Shown one piece after another: positions 1 to 14,166 of a DNA stretch of 64,000 bases. The stretch's first letter is position 1; every line of letters begins with the position of its first letter. The position numbers were made by a program, and so were the translations under genes. Source of the DNA: Octopus vulgaris (taxonomy: Eukaryota); contig OX597828.1 in NCBI GenBank assembly GCA_951406725.2, positions 2,294,001 to 2,358,000 on the forward strand, read 5' to 3'. The notes below the pieces were generated by a model. That model searched no databases and had not been told where the DNA came from. It saw only the letters and a program-made list of their open reading frames with translations.

Positions 1-302
1 CGTGATTTTAAGCTGAAGGATAATGGAAGAAGATCGCATTAAAACAGCATACAGCAGTTTGGAGTTTCCTGCTAACGTTGTTAGCATGTTAAGACAGATT
101 ATAGGTGAAGTTTGTAGAACGTATGTCACATCCAATTATATTTGCATCATAGTACAAACAGTCCAGTCTTGGCAAGTTCTTCCCATGCACTTAACTATGC
201 TTTCGTTGTTGTCAACTGAAACACTAGCAACACAAACAGAAGCAACCTAATCTGCCAATTGCTCATATAGATGAATGGTTGTGTATGAGTGTGGTGCGTG
301 AA

Positions 303-602
303 GGCGCATGGCTCAGTGGTTAGAGCGTCAGGCTCACAATCATGCGGTAGTGAGTTCGATTCCCGGATCGGGACGTGTGTTGCGTTCTTGAGCAAGACAC
401 TTTATTTCATGTTGCTCCAATTCACTCAGCTGTAGAAGTACGTGTCACTGGTACAAGCTGTATTGGCCTTTGCTTTTCCCTTGGATGACATCGGTGGCGT
501 GGAACGGGTGGAGGCTGGTCTTCCATAAACAACTTTGCTTGGAGGGAAACTTACTAGGCGCAATCCCATGGTCTTTCATGACCGAAGGGGGTCTTTAGCC
601 TT
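303..602 (+). mobile_element. tRNA-derived SINE, family A
   Basis: Pol III A box TGGCTCAGTGGTTAG and B box GAGTTCGATTCC; CORE-like TTGAGCAAGACACTTT; ends in (TA)n; homologous to 5890-6268 and 13885-14166. Confidence 0.85.
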
Positions 603-662
603 ATATATATGTGTGAGTGTATGTGTGTATGTGTGTATTATATTATATTATAATATATTATA

Positions 663-710
<48 letters not shown>

Positions 711-1657
711 AAATGATGTGTTATAATACTATTCCACAACAATACCAACAATCCAACATACCTCCATCATCAGCTGCCCGACGGATATCATTTGGGTTTC
801 GACACCTGGGCAGTACCATTCAATCCGGCGGTATCACCAGCACTAAAATAAGTGTTGAAACCACAGCTTTCAAACACATTTACCCAGTGTTCAACCGTAT
901 CGATAAATAAATTCAATAAGTACATTACAACCAACTCCTAAATACGTGACTAAACAGCGACAAATCCATTTGGTCATACAAAAATTATAATCCCTGCCGT
1001 CTTCCGTAGTATAAAAGTGAAGGCCACATTCTTTCAATCTATCTATTTACAGGCAGGATTAAACACTAACTTTAATAAAACTACAAGAAAGAAACATATA
1101 AACAATGTACATTGTATCGGTATTAATAGTAAACTGCAATAACTTAAATTATATGCTAAATTGCGACCAATCTTTAAGTCTATACAGATAATAATCCCGC
1201 CACTCTTCCATAGATACTACTATAATGAAAGTTAAAGTTTTATATAAATCTCTCCAAAACAAAACAATTGTATATTTAGAAATCAGTGCAGATAAAGAAA
1301 GCTAACTCATCAGATCACTTGAACATCATGGTTACACCAATTCTTCAACTACACATATATGTATATAAATATATATATATGTATGTGTGTATACACACAC
1401 GTGCGCGCGCACGCTCACATGCACACATACACGCGCGTGAATACATATATATATATATATATAAATATCGTGTTAAGTTAATACGAGTAAATGCTCCACG
1501 GTACCATAATTTTAGGCTCCAGTCAATTAAAAGAAACTACTCCAAATGATTGTTAGAGTATCCACATAAGTGAAGTCAAGACGCTTAGTTTGGACTGACA
1601 TCGAGTCGTAATAATTGAGATAATGAAATCAACCCAAATAGTGATATTTTGAAATCA

Positions 1658-1732
1658 TTTAATACGTACGTTTCAGATGTACGATATATATAATGGGAAA
1701 TGTATCCATTATGTAAACCTTCCTCGGTTAAA
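1658..1732 (-). ncRNA. hammerhead ribozyme-like motif (type I, variant core)
   Basis: Minus strand: TTTAA-CCGAGGA-AGGTTTAC...GTACATCT-GAA-ACGTACGT-A-TTAAA; stems I and II pair, stem III is palindromic, core has U4->C. Confidence 0.55.
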
Positions 1733-1982
1733 GCAATTCAAAATACTTTGAACAACTTTAACTGATAAAGTCACCTAACACGTCAATATCTAAGTTATCT
1801 GTGTATATGTTTGTATGTAAATGTTTGTAGGGTATGTGGTTTTCTGTATGTGTGTATGAGTATGTGCATATATATTTATATGTGTGTGTATGTTGGTGTA
1901 TATATTTGTGTGTGTATATATATGTATGTATATAGATATGTAATATATACATATATGTATATGTGTGTATATATATATATGT

Positions 1983-2032
<50 letters not shown>

Positions 2033-4447
2033 CTGTGTGTAGGGGTGAATGTGTATGTTGGTGTGGATAGATACGTGTATTTATATTCTGAATGCTTATG
2101 TATGTATCAGTACGTTTTTTTCAAATTTGCAAATATTCAAGAGCTAACCGTCGTTTTGTAGAAAGTTAACCTCTGAGCTCGAATAATAGCACATCTCAAA
2201 AGTAAACTTCTCTCTAATAATATCAATTAAGTTTTATCGTTGAAATCAATGCGAAGGTAATCTCCAATAGATTAACCTTTCTCTAATAGTTTCAATTATA
2301 TCTACTGGTTTCTTAAATAAAAGATTAAGGGTTTCTCATAATTACACAAGTCTTAACAATAACTCATAATTACAATATATAAATCATTTAGATTTCAGGC
2401 GCTTATCACCTTATCCACGCACACACCCTTCTAAGGTGAAGATATTTTTATATAAACTGAAAATAATTTTCCTTCCATACAGTCGTAAACAGCTCAGGCC
2501 ATGTTGAAACTCTGAGTAGACTAAACTTTTGATATAATGCACACGCACGCGCGTATTTACCCAGTCTTACACCTTGGAGAGGCATTTCCAGGTGATGAAA
2601 TCTTGGTCAACCGAATTCGAAGGTGTTAACACTGTGCTTTATTAATATTTTTATTTGCTCACACGCGTACACGATCTCATCTCCTCACATATATCCCCCG
2701 CGTTATCCACCTTACGATTACACGCATATTTACTCTTACTAACTAACGCCAGCATACTTCTATACTTGCATACATCGCTAATCATAAATAGAATCTAAGC
2801 TAAAATGACATACACATTTCCCCTTTTCCTACTTCCGTACACAGATACACTTTGATACATGCATTTACCCGCAACTTTATGTACCAACTCCCCTCATCGA
2901 GCAGCATTCTTCAATGATTTCTAATCTTCCGCATTCTTCCTGTCTTTCCTCTTGCTTTTTTATTATATATTTCGTATTCTCACCCTCTCAATACTTTTCT
3001 CCTTCTTTTCGACTGATGAAGAACTAACGTCGAAAACGTTAACTCACATTTTACATTAAAATGTTAATAATATATTCCTTTAACTTCCTTACACTATATG
3101 TACGGAAACTATGGTTACTGACCAACAATACAACACAAATTTTATTCATTAGGAGTCCTTCACTCTTAATTAAGCCATTTTACATTTTCCTGAATCATTC
3201 GATTTCCTCAATTGCTGCAGAGCCTACCTCACCACCGGAAATTATATTTTCTATTCCATACGTATTTCTACATTGCCATAACCATATGTCACTAACTACG
3301 ATATTCTAGATGTTCTTATGCTCAGCTAGCTTGGCAAAAATATTTTGAATTTCTATACCACTAGCGTTGTTACCCCAGAATCTTTGACGGATAGATCACT
3401 TCTCCACTGCCTTCATCAGATTTCTGTCTTTTGCAATTCTCATGCTTCTTTGTGTCAACTGATGAAGGTTCAGAATTTGTGTCAGTTTCAAATTTCAACG
3501 AAGATGTAAATTTGCGTGTGTTGAAAACTCGCCAGCAAACCAGTAATCTTTAAGTTTGTTCTAAGTTCTAATTCCTGTCTCACTCATAGCCTCATGTATT
3601 TTCTTTAGATAATTGCTCTACCTTGAAGCGATGCTATAAAATAGAGTGGAATCTCAACGGCTATTAAGCGACATATTTAATAGCGGAGATTGCGGAGTGC
3701 TAGAAAGTATATATACTTCAATAAAGAAAGTACAAAACCTATTACAAACAGGTTGAGTGCAGCAAAATGTTGCTAGCCTTCCACCCTTATTTTTCTCTTT
3801 CTACCCATTTTCCTACCATCTACCCAATACATATCACGAGACAAGTAGTTGTGCAGCGTGAATTATATCACATAACAACTGATACAATATTTCATAAGAG
3901 GAAATAATTTCCTGATAGTTTCATAATGCAATCAACAATTATACTATGTATTATATTATCTTTGAGGTGTCCACACCCTAGGATGACACCCCGAGCCTCG
4001 TTGTGATCTCGCGCATGGCAAATGGATGCACGTGAGGTCTTGCTCCAGTCTCGGAGATAGCAATGGCTGCCGCGAGATCTCATCCAGTATGGCGCTGACT
4101 GCTTGTGCCGCTACATATCTTTTGTTGAGTTTGTGTGTATGTCAGTGAGTGAGTATGCGTGTGTGTATGTGTGTCAGTGAGTGAGTATGCGCGCGCGTGT
4201 GTGCGTCGTACGTGTGTGTGTCTGTGTGCGTTGCACTCCTGTACCGCAGCCGGAATATGCTCTCCAATAACATTGATACTCAAAGGTCGCGGTGGGAATC
4301 AACGCCAAGCGTTATTCTCTCAACTCAGATTTCGTCAGGTTAATATGATTTCCAGTTTAACCAGATACTATTTAAAAAGTGGTTGCCGTAAATATGATTT
4401 GTACATGCATGTTCACGTGTGTGTATGCGTGTGCGCGTCTGTGTAAC

Positions 4448-4484
<37 letters not shown>

Positions 4485-4674
4485 TTATGTGTATATATAA
4501 TACATACATATATATAGCATTATATGTGTATATATGTATATATGCGTATGTATATGTATGTGTGTCTATATATAAATATATATATATGCGTTTTTCAATA
4601 CACATATACATATCAATATGCATATTCAAGTAGATATTTGTGTGTGTATATGTTCGTGTATGTACGTGCGTGCG

Positions 4675-4737
<63 letters not shown>

Positions 4738-5442
4738 AAAGAAAATAGATTGGAAAAGGTTTTCATGTTTTAGTGGAGATAATAGGGGGTGGGGCGAAAG
4801 CAAAAGACGGTAAATGTGGCAGAGAAGCAGTATGAATACGATGAATCCTGTTGGGCCAAACATAGAAAAACATCCTACTGCAGTAGAAACTGAAGTTGAA
4901 AGCAGCAAGTGATTGTATACAGAATGTGTATATAGATATGTTTATACAGATGTATAAATGTAGGCTCGTAAATAATAAAATATAAAAATAAACCTGTTCA
5001 GAAATGTAAGAAGAAATGGAATAGAAGTTGTAGTGGATGAAAACGACAACGAAAGGTTGTTTCGGGGCGGGAAGAACAAGTGGGTGGAGCCTGCAATAAT
5101 AAAACATTGCGAAATTTGTCAACATAACCTAGACACATATATTTGTTGTCAATCAATGCATTTCAGATATATAAATTTTTGATTTAAAGTAGAAAATATT
5201 AGAAATCGTTATAATGGTTAATTAACTCTCCCCGAACCTATGCGCGCGCGCACAAACACACATCTGATGATTAAGATTCTGTCTGTAGCGGCCATTATCT
5301 TTATTCCCTTACATATACAATCCACTCTTAGATATACATAAAATAAAAACCAAATACCTTCACGAATTGGTGTGTACTTGTGCCAGCTTATTAATACATA
5401 TTTGGACAAATTCTGTAATATATATGCATCTATACTCCTACT

Positions 5443-5476
<34 letters not shown>

Positions 5477-5707
5477 TACATGTAATTTTTGGGACTGATG
5501 GGTATATGTCAGTTAGGAAAGCACAATTGAGTAAAGCACATCCACAACTTTCGCTACCTGGTGTCATCCACGGTTGGGGTATATCGACCCATCCCGCAAC
5601 TGTTCGTTATTTGTAGGATTTTGTGTGGCATCAATCTGTGCAGTTTGTGTCACATCAGGTACATACATAAAGAAGGGGAGTTCCGCTAGATATACTGAGA
5701 TGTTCGT

Positions 5708-5889
<182 letters not shown>

Positions 5890-6268
5890 GGCGGATGGCT
5901 CAGTGGTTAGAGCGTCGAGCTTACGATCGTGAGGTCGAGCTTACGATCGTGAGGTCGAGCTTACGATCGTGAGCTTGTGAGCTCGAATCCCGGACCGGGC
6001 TGCGTGTTGTGCTCTTGAGCAAAGCACTTTATTTCACGTTGCTCCAGTTCACTCAGCTGTAGAAATGAGTTGCGACGTCACTGGTGTCAAGCTGTATCGA
6101 CCTTTGTCTTTCCCTTGGATAACACTGGTGGCGTGGAGAGGGGAGACTGGTATGCATGGGCGACTGCTGGTCTTCCATAAACAACCTTGCCCGGACTTGT
6201 GTCTAGGAGGGTAACTTTCTAGGTGCAATCCCATGGTCATTCATGACCGAAGGGGGTCTTTACCCTTT
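5890..6268 (+). mobile_element. tRNA-derived SINE, family A (full length, triplicated 20-mer in head)
   Basis: A and B boxes; body matches 303-602 and 13885-14166; flanked by (TA)n. Confidence 0.88.
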
Positions 6269-6287
6269 ATATATATATATATATATG

Positions 6288-6540
6288 TCTGTAAAATAAT
6301 ATGTGACAATTATTCAATAGCCAAGATAAAACTGAGTTTCGGATGCCGAGGTGGAAATCCACACCATCTCTTCGAAGAGATGGTGGTGTGGATTTCCACC
6401 GTCGGCATCCGAAACTCAGAGTTTTATCTTGGCTATTGAATAATTGTCATATATTATTTTACAGATAAATTTCCTCTATTTACATAATATTGAGGTCTCT
6501 TTCTTTCTTTTGTTATTTTACCGTTTTTACCAATATAGAT
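6288..6540. repeat. palindromic derivative of a hammerhead-bearing short element
   Basis: 6288-6465 is a near-perfect palindrome centred on TTCGAA (6371-6376); right arm and tail match 62376-62535. Confidence 0.8.
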
Positions 6541-6551
6541 ATATATATATA

Positions 6552-7133
6552 TAAGTTTATCTCGACAGATTTTCTTTTCTTACAGAACTTAGACCCAGCA
6601 CTGAAAATTATGATGTTTTGTATACGAATATGTTTATGTAAACAATGCTATCGAAGACAGAGAAATATGTAATGGATGTATATGCATATTTTAAGATTTG
6701 TTGTTCCTTCTTCAGCACTACATCCAACCCATCAACTATCCACGAATACATTGCTTAAATAGGCACTACGTTTAGCAGTATAACACAATCTGAAAGATCA
6801 ATTTACGTATTAAACATTCCTAGCAACAGGTACGAAATAGCGGCACCCTACCAGCAATCAATATATACGTATCAGTTGCCAGGAATGTGTTTAATACATA
6901 AATTGGTCTATCACCGGAAAGTAAAGTGGCTATTTAAGCAATGTATTCGTGGATAGTTAATGGGTTAGATGTGGTGCTCAAGAAAGAGCAATAACTCTTG
7001 AAATATGCAAATACACTCTTTCCTATGTTGCTAGCTTCGATCGCATTGCTTACATAGAGGTATTTGTATACAAAATGTCATAACTTTTAGTGCTGGCTCT
7101 AAATGCTAAAGAAAATCTGTAGGGACAAACTTA
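6552..7133. mobile_element. foldback/MITE-like element (long imperfect inverted arms)
   Basis: ~280-bp arms are reverse complements (e.g. CTATCCACGAATACATTGCTTAAATAG / CTATTTAAGCAATGTATTCGTGGATAG); relative at ~56300-56920. Confidence 0.7.
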
Positions 7134-10100
7134 AAAATGAAAGCAACGCACTACTAACAGAAAAGTAGGACACAGTATTAACTTATAAAACTTTAATATA
7201 CCTAGTAACATATTATGGTTGCAAAACTACGTACGGTGTCCCTACCAGCAATTAATAGATATATAGCATTATATGAGTATATATGTGTATGAGTGTGTGT
7301 AATATTGGAAGAGTACAGATTAGTCTGAATTGTTTCATGCTTATGTATATACTATATTATTATATAGTATATAATAGGAACAACCAAAATTAGAACAAAC
7401 TCTTTCTGGTCAAAATCGGCAAAAATAAGTTTAAAAATAAAATTTCCTAAATAAAATATATTTATATGCCAAGAAGCGACGTGGATTCTGTTCAAAATGT
7501 TAGATTCTATCACTTCCCATTACATGTTCCATTTTGTAATTTTATACACAAGCTATGAAGAATAAAAAGAAAATGCGTTTTGCAGGTATATTGCTAACAG
7601 TCGGCGTAAAAATAGATATAGCCAAATCTATAGAACGTAGAATGAACTTATTTATATGCCTTGACGAGTTTAATTTAGCAATTAAATCCCTCCCAACAGA
7701 TTTGTTTGTTGGATCACAAATCTCACATCATAGAACTGCTAAGTTTGAGCCTGCGATTCTACTGATTCGCATCACTTAAAGGCTCAGTCATGCAATGATT
7801 GAGAGGAAGAATACAACACTGTTTTCTCATTGCTTCCTCCTATTATCCGATAAAGTAATTTGAACTTAGCAACGTAAATTAACGAAATGTCAGATTTAAA
7901 GTCTTTCCACTCCTACATCATAATATATTATTGTCGACAAAATACAAACTAATGATCTCTAGGTGTCACAATGGTGTTGACAAAATACAAATTAATGATC
8001 TCTAGGTGGTTTAGATTGTACTTTATTCACTTGACCGTTTCTCTTGTATTGCAAAATCACATTTATTATTGTGTACTGTGTCTCAACAATAGACTATAAC
8101 ATTGTGCCTGTTGTTATATCAACAGACTGAGAAAGACAAGCAAAATAATATATCTTCCCACCAAAATGTGACTTCGTAATCTATATTGCTTATCGCACTG
8201 TGTTCCGCTATATTTCTAGGATTGTCGCTATGTGACAGCCTGACAGAACGAAGAAAAATGCTTTGCTTAGCAGTTTATTCGATATCATAGTCAGTTCATT
8301 GGCTTTTATAGTAATTTAAACTAATAATAAATATAGTTTACAGAATAATCAATTTTAATCGAAATTATATTGCTTATCTAACAGACAGATATCTGTTAAG
8401 TGCTAACATTCATGTATTCTTACTTATTTATACTTGTTTCTTCATTCAATGCGGGTATGCCATTTCCTACTTTCCAAATCATGTTCCGTTTATTGCTGTG
8501 ATTAATTCCTTTCAGTACTTCTGCAAAACTGCTGCAAGTAGGTGAGTATGTATGTGTGTATAAGTATATATCACTTTACATACTACGAGAACTGTTTTAC
8601 TAGAAATCGAACAAGCCGATGCAGCGTACTCGTGACTGTAATGCTATGAGTGAGTTTAACACGCAATCTAATAAGAGCTGCATCACGCTACGTCACTTAA
8701 CCTCAATTCACTCTTGCTAGAAGGAACGTATGTTCAGCGCACTTTCTGACCCATCACAAACTGAATAACGAAAGATTCGAAAGACCAACCTGTTTGTATG
8801 AAATTCTGATTCAAATTGGAAGAAAAGTTTTACAGAAACTTGTCTAATGTTGCAACTGACTTGTAGGAAAGATTATTGGGCCGTAGACGACCTTCTATGA
8901 CAGCAGATGACGATCGCTTTCTGAAAGTGCCGGCTGTTGTCCGGGAAAATCGTTACTATATGTCTGTAGTTTCCGAACTACAGATAAACGTTTGTGCCAC
9001 ATGAGTATCAAAATAAGGTTGAAAATGGGTCGTGTAACAGCAAAACTAGTGCCGTATTTGCAGACATGAACCAAAGGAGAGAGAACCCAGTCAGGAATTA
9101 TTTGAATATTCGAATATTCATGAATATTTTCTAAAAGATGTTTTCGGCTAGTGCTTTGTTTGAAAAATATCACACCAAAAACATGAGATTCCCACAAATC
9201 CATTTCCTGCGAAGAACGTCTCCTTTGTGATCTCTGTTCACTGACGTTACCCAATGGAAGGCAGGAAATAGAACTTAAGGAACTCACCACTGAACTTGAA
9301 GTGGCGCTAAAACTATATCGATGAGGAAATCTATTCAGAAAATGTAACATTCTAATGAAAAGTTACAATAACAATGTTGCATCACGTATTATGCTGAATA
9401 GATAAAAGTATGAAACAGTGAACAAATTTAAATACCTTGTAAGACTCAACCTGGCCTCATCTGCCATTACGAAGCAAACAATCTGATTGTCCTCATAAAG
9501 TTTCCATTATTTGCCTATTCCTTCTCATGACCTCTAAATGTCAAACCACTTAAAATCTTTGTTACAGCTACAATTCTTTTCAGGAGTTTAAAATAGTACT
9601 ATATGTAATTCTTCTCATCTGTTCTTCTTGAAGTTTCTAATTCACAGTGTTTTATGAATGTATTCAAAGTTATGAATACTTTCTTCCAGGCAGAAAACTC
9701 ACCCGTTGTGAGTGACATTTGGTATTTAGAAGAGAATTTATGACATAAGGAAAGAAACTGTGTGGAAGCCCGACGTTTATGTGTGTACTTGTGGTTGTGT
9801 TTGTCCTCCCACAGTTTGAGATAAAAGAATAAAAGATAAAAGATATGTACATGCATATATATATATATATATATATACATATACACATATACATATATAG
9901 ACATGCACACATGCATATATGTATACACACATACATACGTATGTATATGCATGTATAGTTATACGTACATATATACACACATAGAAATAGATATAGGGAT
10001 AAGCAAGTTAGACAGATCAATGTATGAAGTTTTACTATATTAATACATGAAATCCCCCAAACTGTATATTTGTTTACATACAAAAAGGTCCGACTTACAC

Positions 10101-10211
10101 AGGATACAAATGATATAGAGGATTAAAGGGGTTGAAGAAATGTATTACAAATCAAACAGCTCAGCTGTTTCTGGGAGCTCCGAGGTCCAAAATATACATA
10201 TATGTATGTAT

Positions 10212-10264
<53 letters not shown>

Positions 10265-10306
10265 TTATACACACACACTCACACACACACACACACACAC
10301 ACTCAC

Positions 10307-10341
<35 letters not shown>

Positions 10342-10739
10342 CAATTTACTGTTCCGTTATAGATAGGATCAATATAAAAGTACTCCATCTAGTGTGAGGT
10401 AAATATAGTGCGTAGATAAGATCTATTCAGATAAGATCTACTAATATTTTCACACCATTGAAACATGATAATCCGGCAGATTTATATATCGTGTTTTGTG
10501 CCTTCGGGTTCGATCAACATGATTAGTCTTATTCGAAAATCAGGAGCTGGTCTATCAAAAAACACAAGAGAAAGGAGGTTGGGGCAAAAAGTGGAACGAG
10601 AAGACAAAGAATGAATAAAAACGAAAAAAGAAAAGAAAGAATCCCAAGTGTTGCGTACCTTATGTCCTTAGAAATCATAATTAATCTAACTGGGGTAGAA
10701 TTATTCAACGGGGAGAAGACCAAAGTTTGATAGACAGCC

Positions 10740-11128
10740 GCGCAAACCTCCAGTTCGACAGAAGAAATTTGTTCATACGCTTACGTTTGCAAGAAATTTC
10801 GCGGCTGGAATTAAATAGTGTGGTGGAATTCTTCGCTCAAAAGAGAATGTACATTCAGCTACACATAGCTTGAATCTCTTTGAACCATTTACGTATGATG
10901 TGGATTTCCCCACGATTCTCCAGTTGATTCTACGTGATGTGCAGTTGGTCTTCAGATCCTATACATTGATAGCCAACTTAGTCCCTGGCAGTTTACATAA
11001 CGTCTTTTAAAATTGCCTTCGCATAAACTGACATAATTTTTCTTTTCAGTTACGTTATCTTGGAGTACTGCGGTGATTTCGGTTTCACAAACGACTGAGT
11101 TTATGAAACATACCTGATCGAGTGGGCA
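10740..11128 (-). pseudogene. Penelope-like element GIY-YIG endonuclease remnant
   Basis: Manual translation CPLDQVCFINSVVCETEIT...NYVSLCEGNFKRRYVN / TKLAINV*DLK...INWRIVGKSTSYVNGSKRFKLC / LFNSSREISCKRKRMNKFLLSN matches the PLE EN C-terminal pattern; stops and frameshifts. Confidence 0.75.
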
Positions 11129-12784
11129 CGCTTCAGGATCTCGGAAAGCAAAACACTACTATATCTGAGAGTGCAAGAAAATTCATTCATCGAAATATAG
11201 TTGATTCTCGTACCCCTCCAGGGTTTGGGTCCCTGAAGCTTAAGTGTCATTACTTTTTTATTCACCACTGCGTTGACGTTCTCTGTGTTTCTATTTTCTT
11301 CTCTTTTTGTCATTGGTGTTTTTAGTTATATATTCTTTGTTTCACACACCCTGCTTCGGTTCTTAATATTCTTTTAGCCTTGAGAATTTTTTTATTTTAT
11401 ATCTTTTTCTTTTTCCCATCATTATACTGTGGCCATGCTGGGGTACTGCCTTGAATAATTTTAGTAGAAGAATCGACCCCAGAACGTTTATATTCTTAAA
11501 TTAGGTGCCCTGTTCGGAATCAACATTATATTAAGATCAAAGTTGCGTCTAAATTTTATAAAGGAATATCATGTTTGCGGCTGTTCATTTATGTATTTTC
11601 TATATTAGCTGTAAGATGAACGTTAGCAGTTAAGTCCGACTCTATAGTTAAGTTACCCTCATTTTCATTTGTTTCTTGTAATGCCTTCCTTTGCACATAC
11701 CTTTTTTTTTTCGTATTTTTGTACATCAAATTCCAAGTTCGAATTCTTTTTTTAAGCGTGGGATAAATTCTGCAGTTTATTATTTGCATTGTTTATCATT
11801 TTTGAAGGGAGACGACTGAAAATGTCTGACACTTTGTTAGCTATTTTCTTGTTGCCGTTTTTTTAATACATAGTTTGAATCGGTTTAACGATTTAATTTG
11901 TTTAAACGTGGTACCGTAAAGCTAGTGGGTATGAACATTTGCAATACATTAACTATATGAGATAACGATCAATAAATTTCAAAGTAAATAAATATATAAC
12001 GTAGTTTTCCTTCAGCCTTTTCTGAAAGAACCAGTCAAGTACTTCGATAATTTATTTACACGTGATATCCAGTTCGAACATTTGTAATAGATTAATTGTA
12101 TGTACTGATTATCAGCGTTGTGTCTCTCTTTCTTGGAATCCCAATAAACTATTCGTCAAATTCTTCTTATTCCACAATTGCAATCCCCTCAAATTCTCTT
12201 TTCCTAAAGACACTGTCCTCTATGTGTATGAATAAAGATCAATAATTTGAGAGGACAAGAAAATATTAATCATAATTTACCTTCCCAGAATCTAATTTCC
12301 TTTAAAGAGATCTAAACAAATTCATTTCTGCCCAAAATACTAACACGCGCACGCATACACAGATGCACGCGTGCGCAGTAATATACGTATTTCTATGTCC
12401 ACTCGGCTACCGTAGAGACTGTTAGGTATACACATTAACGGACATATATATGCATACACATATACGTAAAATAATATATATATGTGTATATTTTTTCTAA
12501 ATATATGTTTTCTGCCTTTTATCTTTTACTTCCTGCGTCATTAGAGTATTGCCTCTTTGGGACAACACCTTCAACGTTGAATCGAACCAATCTATGTTTG
12601 GTGCTTATTCTATCGAGTACCATTGCTAAGTTTTCTCAAAAGAACATAAACAAATCAATGCGGTGATTTCAAGCAGTGGCAGGGAATACAAAAGATAGGT
12701 TCTCTCTCTCTCTTCTCTCTCTTACTCTTCTCTCTCTCTCCTCTCTCTTCTCTCTCTTACTCTTCTCTCTCTCTCCTCTCTCTC

Positions 12785-12835
<51 letters not shown>

Positions 12836-13312
12836 TATATGATGTTATTACATGCTAGCCACTGATAAGATCATGAATTGATTTTATCCTTAATTATGTA
12901 TGCATATATATTTATTTATTCACCCGGTCCTGATATTTACTGCGGTATAATCTTGATCAAATATGCACGTTGTTGAGATGAATAATTGGGTTTGCCTCAT
13001 ATATAAGTGTGGATGTATGCATATATTTGTATACGTGCGGATGTATTTGTATGGGTATGTATATATATATATTTATATTTGGATACTTCCGGTATATTCT
13101 TTTGGAGACGGTTAAGTAATTTGTATTACTAAACCAGAAATCGGAGGATCTAGAATCAACGTCAACCTTTTACTAAATTCATTTTATTCATTTGCCCGCT
13201 TTCTACCTTGTGCTAATGGAGTGTAACTTTAAAATGGTGCTTTAGAGTCTTTTGGCGTTTACTTGTGTAGGTGCTGTTTCTCAGGACCCCTTATTATAAT
13301 TCTATCTATCTA

Positions 13313-13353
<41 letters not shown>

Positions 13354-13854
13354 ATTTTTTTTTTATTTTTCCAGTTTCAGCTTATGAGCTGTGGCCATGC
13401 TGGGGCACCGCCATATTTTGTGAAATAGAAAGATGAATAATCTTGTTGCAGATTAATCAAAAGTTTAACCGATACCTTGGTAGCAAAAATCACAGCAGAA
13501 GACAGCACGGTTGGAGGTACAACCATATGGTGTTGCAACCGTGCGTTGGTGCGGATAATTGAATTTCTTCAATTCACTAATAATATATATATATATATAT
13601 GCGGAATCACGAATCCTATTGACAAACCACCTACAGGCAAATAACGACATGCTTTACCATCGAACCAAGTGAAACCGACTTTATTGAACGAGGCACCTTT
13701 TAAAAAATCACCTAACGAGGCACATCTGTACCGAAGAATGTACCGGTTGTATAGTATGTCACCCGTGTGATATCGATGCGAGATGAGTCGAAATGATCGT
13801 TGTGATTAATGAAGAATCTCGCTAATTCCATTTTCCGTTTATCTCATTTATACA

Positions 13855-13884
<30 letters not shown>

Positions 13885-13886
<2 letters not shown>

Positions 13887-14166
13887 AAGGGTAAAGACCC
13901 CCTTCGGTCATGAATGACCATGGGATTGCACCTAGAAAGTTACCCTCCTAGACACAAGTCCGGGAAAGGTTGTTTATGGAAGGCCAGCAGTCGCCCATGC
14001 ATACCAGCCTCCCCTCTCCACGCCACCAGTGTTATCCAAGGGAAAGACAAAGGTCGATACAGCTTGGCACCTGTGACGTCGCAACTCATTTCTACAGCTG
14101 AGTGAACTGGAGCAACGTGAAATAAAGTGCCTTGCTCGAGAACACAACACGCAGCCCGGTCCGGGA
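13885..14166 (-). mobile_element. SINE family A, 5'-truncated
   Basis: Reverse complement of ~5988-6268 (ORF track gives near-identical 63-aa peptides for both copies). Confidence 0.88.

Noticed and set aside
303-372. tRNA gene
   Set aside because: tRNA-like A/B boxes run directly into a repeated SINE body; no proper acceptor stem or terminator
3013-3042. CTGATGA...GAAAACGTT hammerhead candidate (similar weak cases at 47410 and 57412-57490)
   Set aside because: Stems I/II do not pair convincingly or GAAA is missing; at best decayed relics
7932-8008. Short tandem duplication (~43-bp period, 2 copies)
   Set aside because: Ordinary local duplication with no further signal
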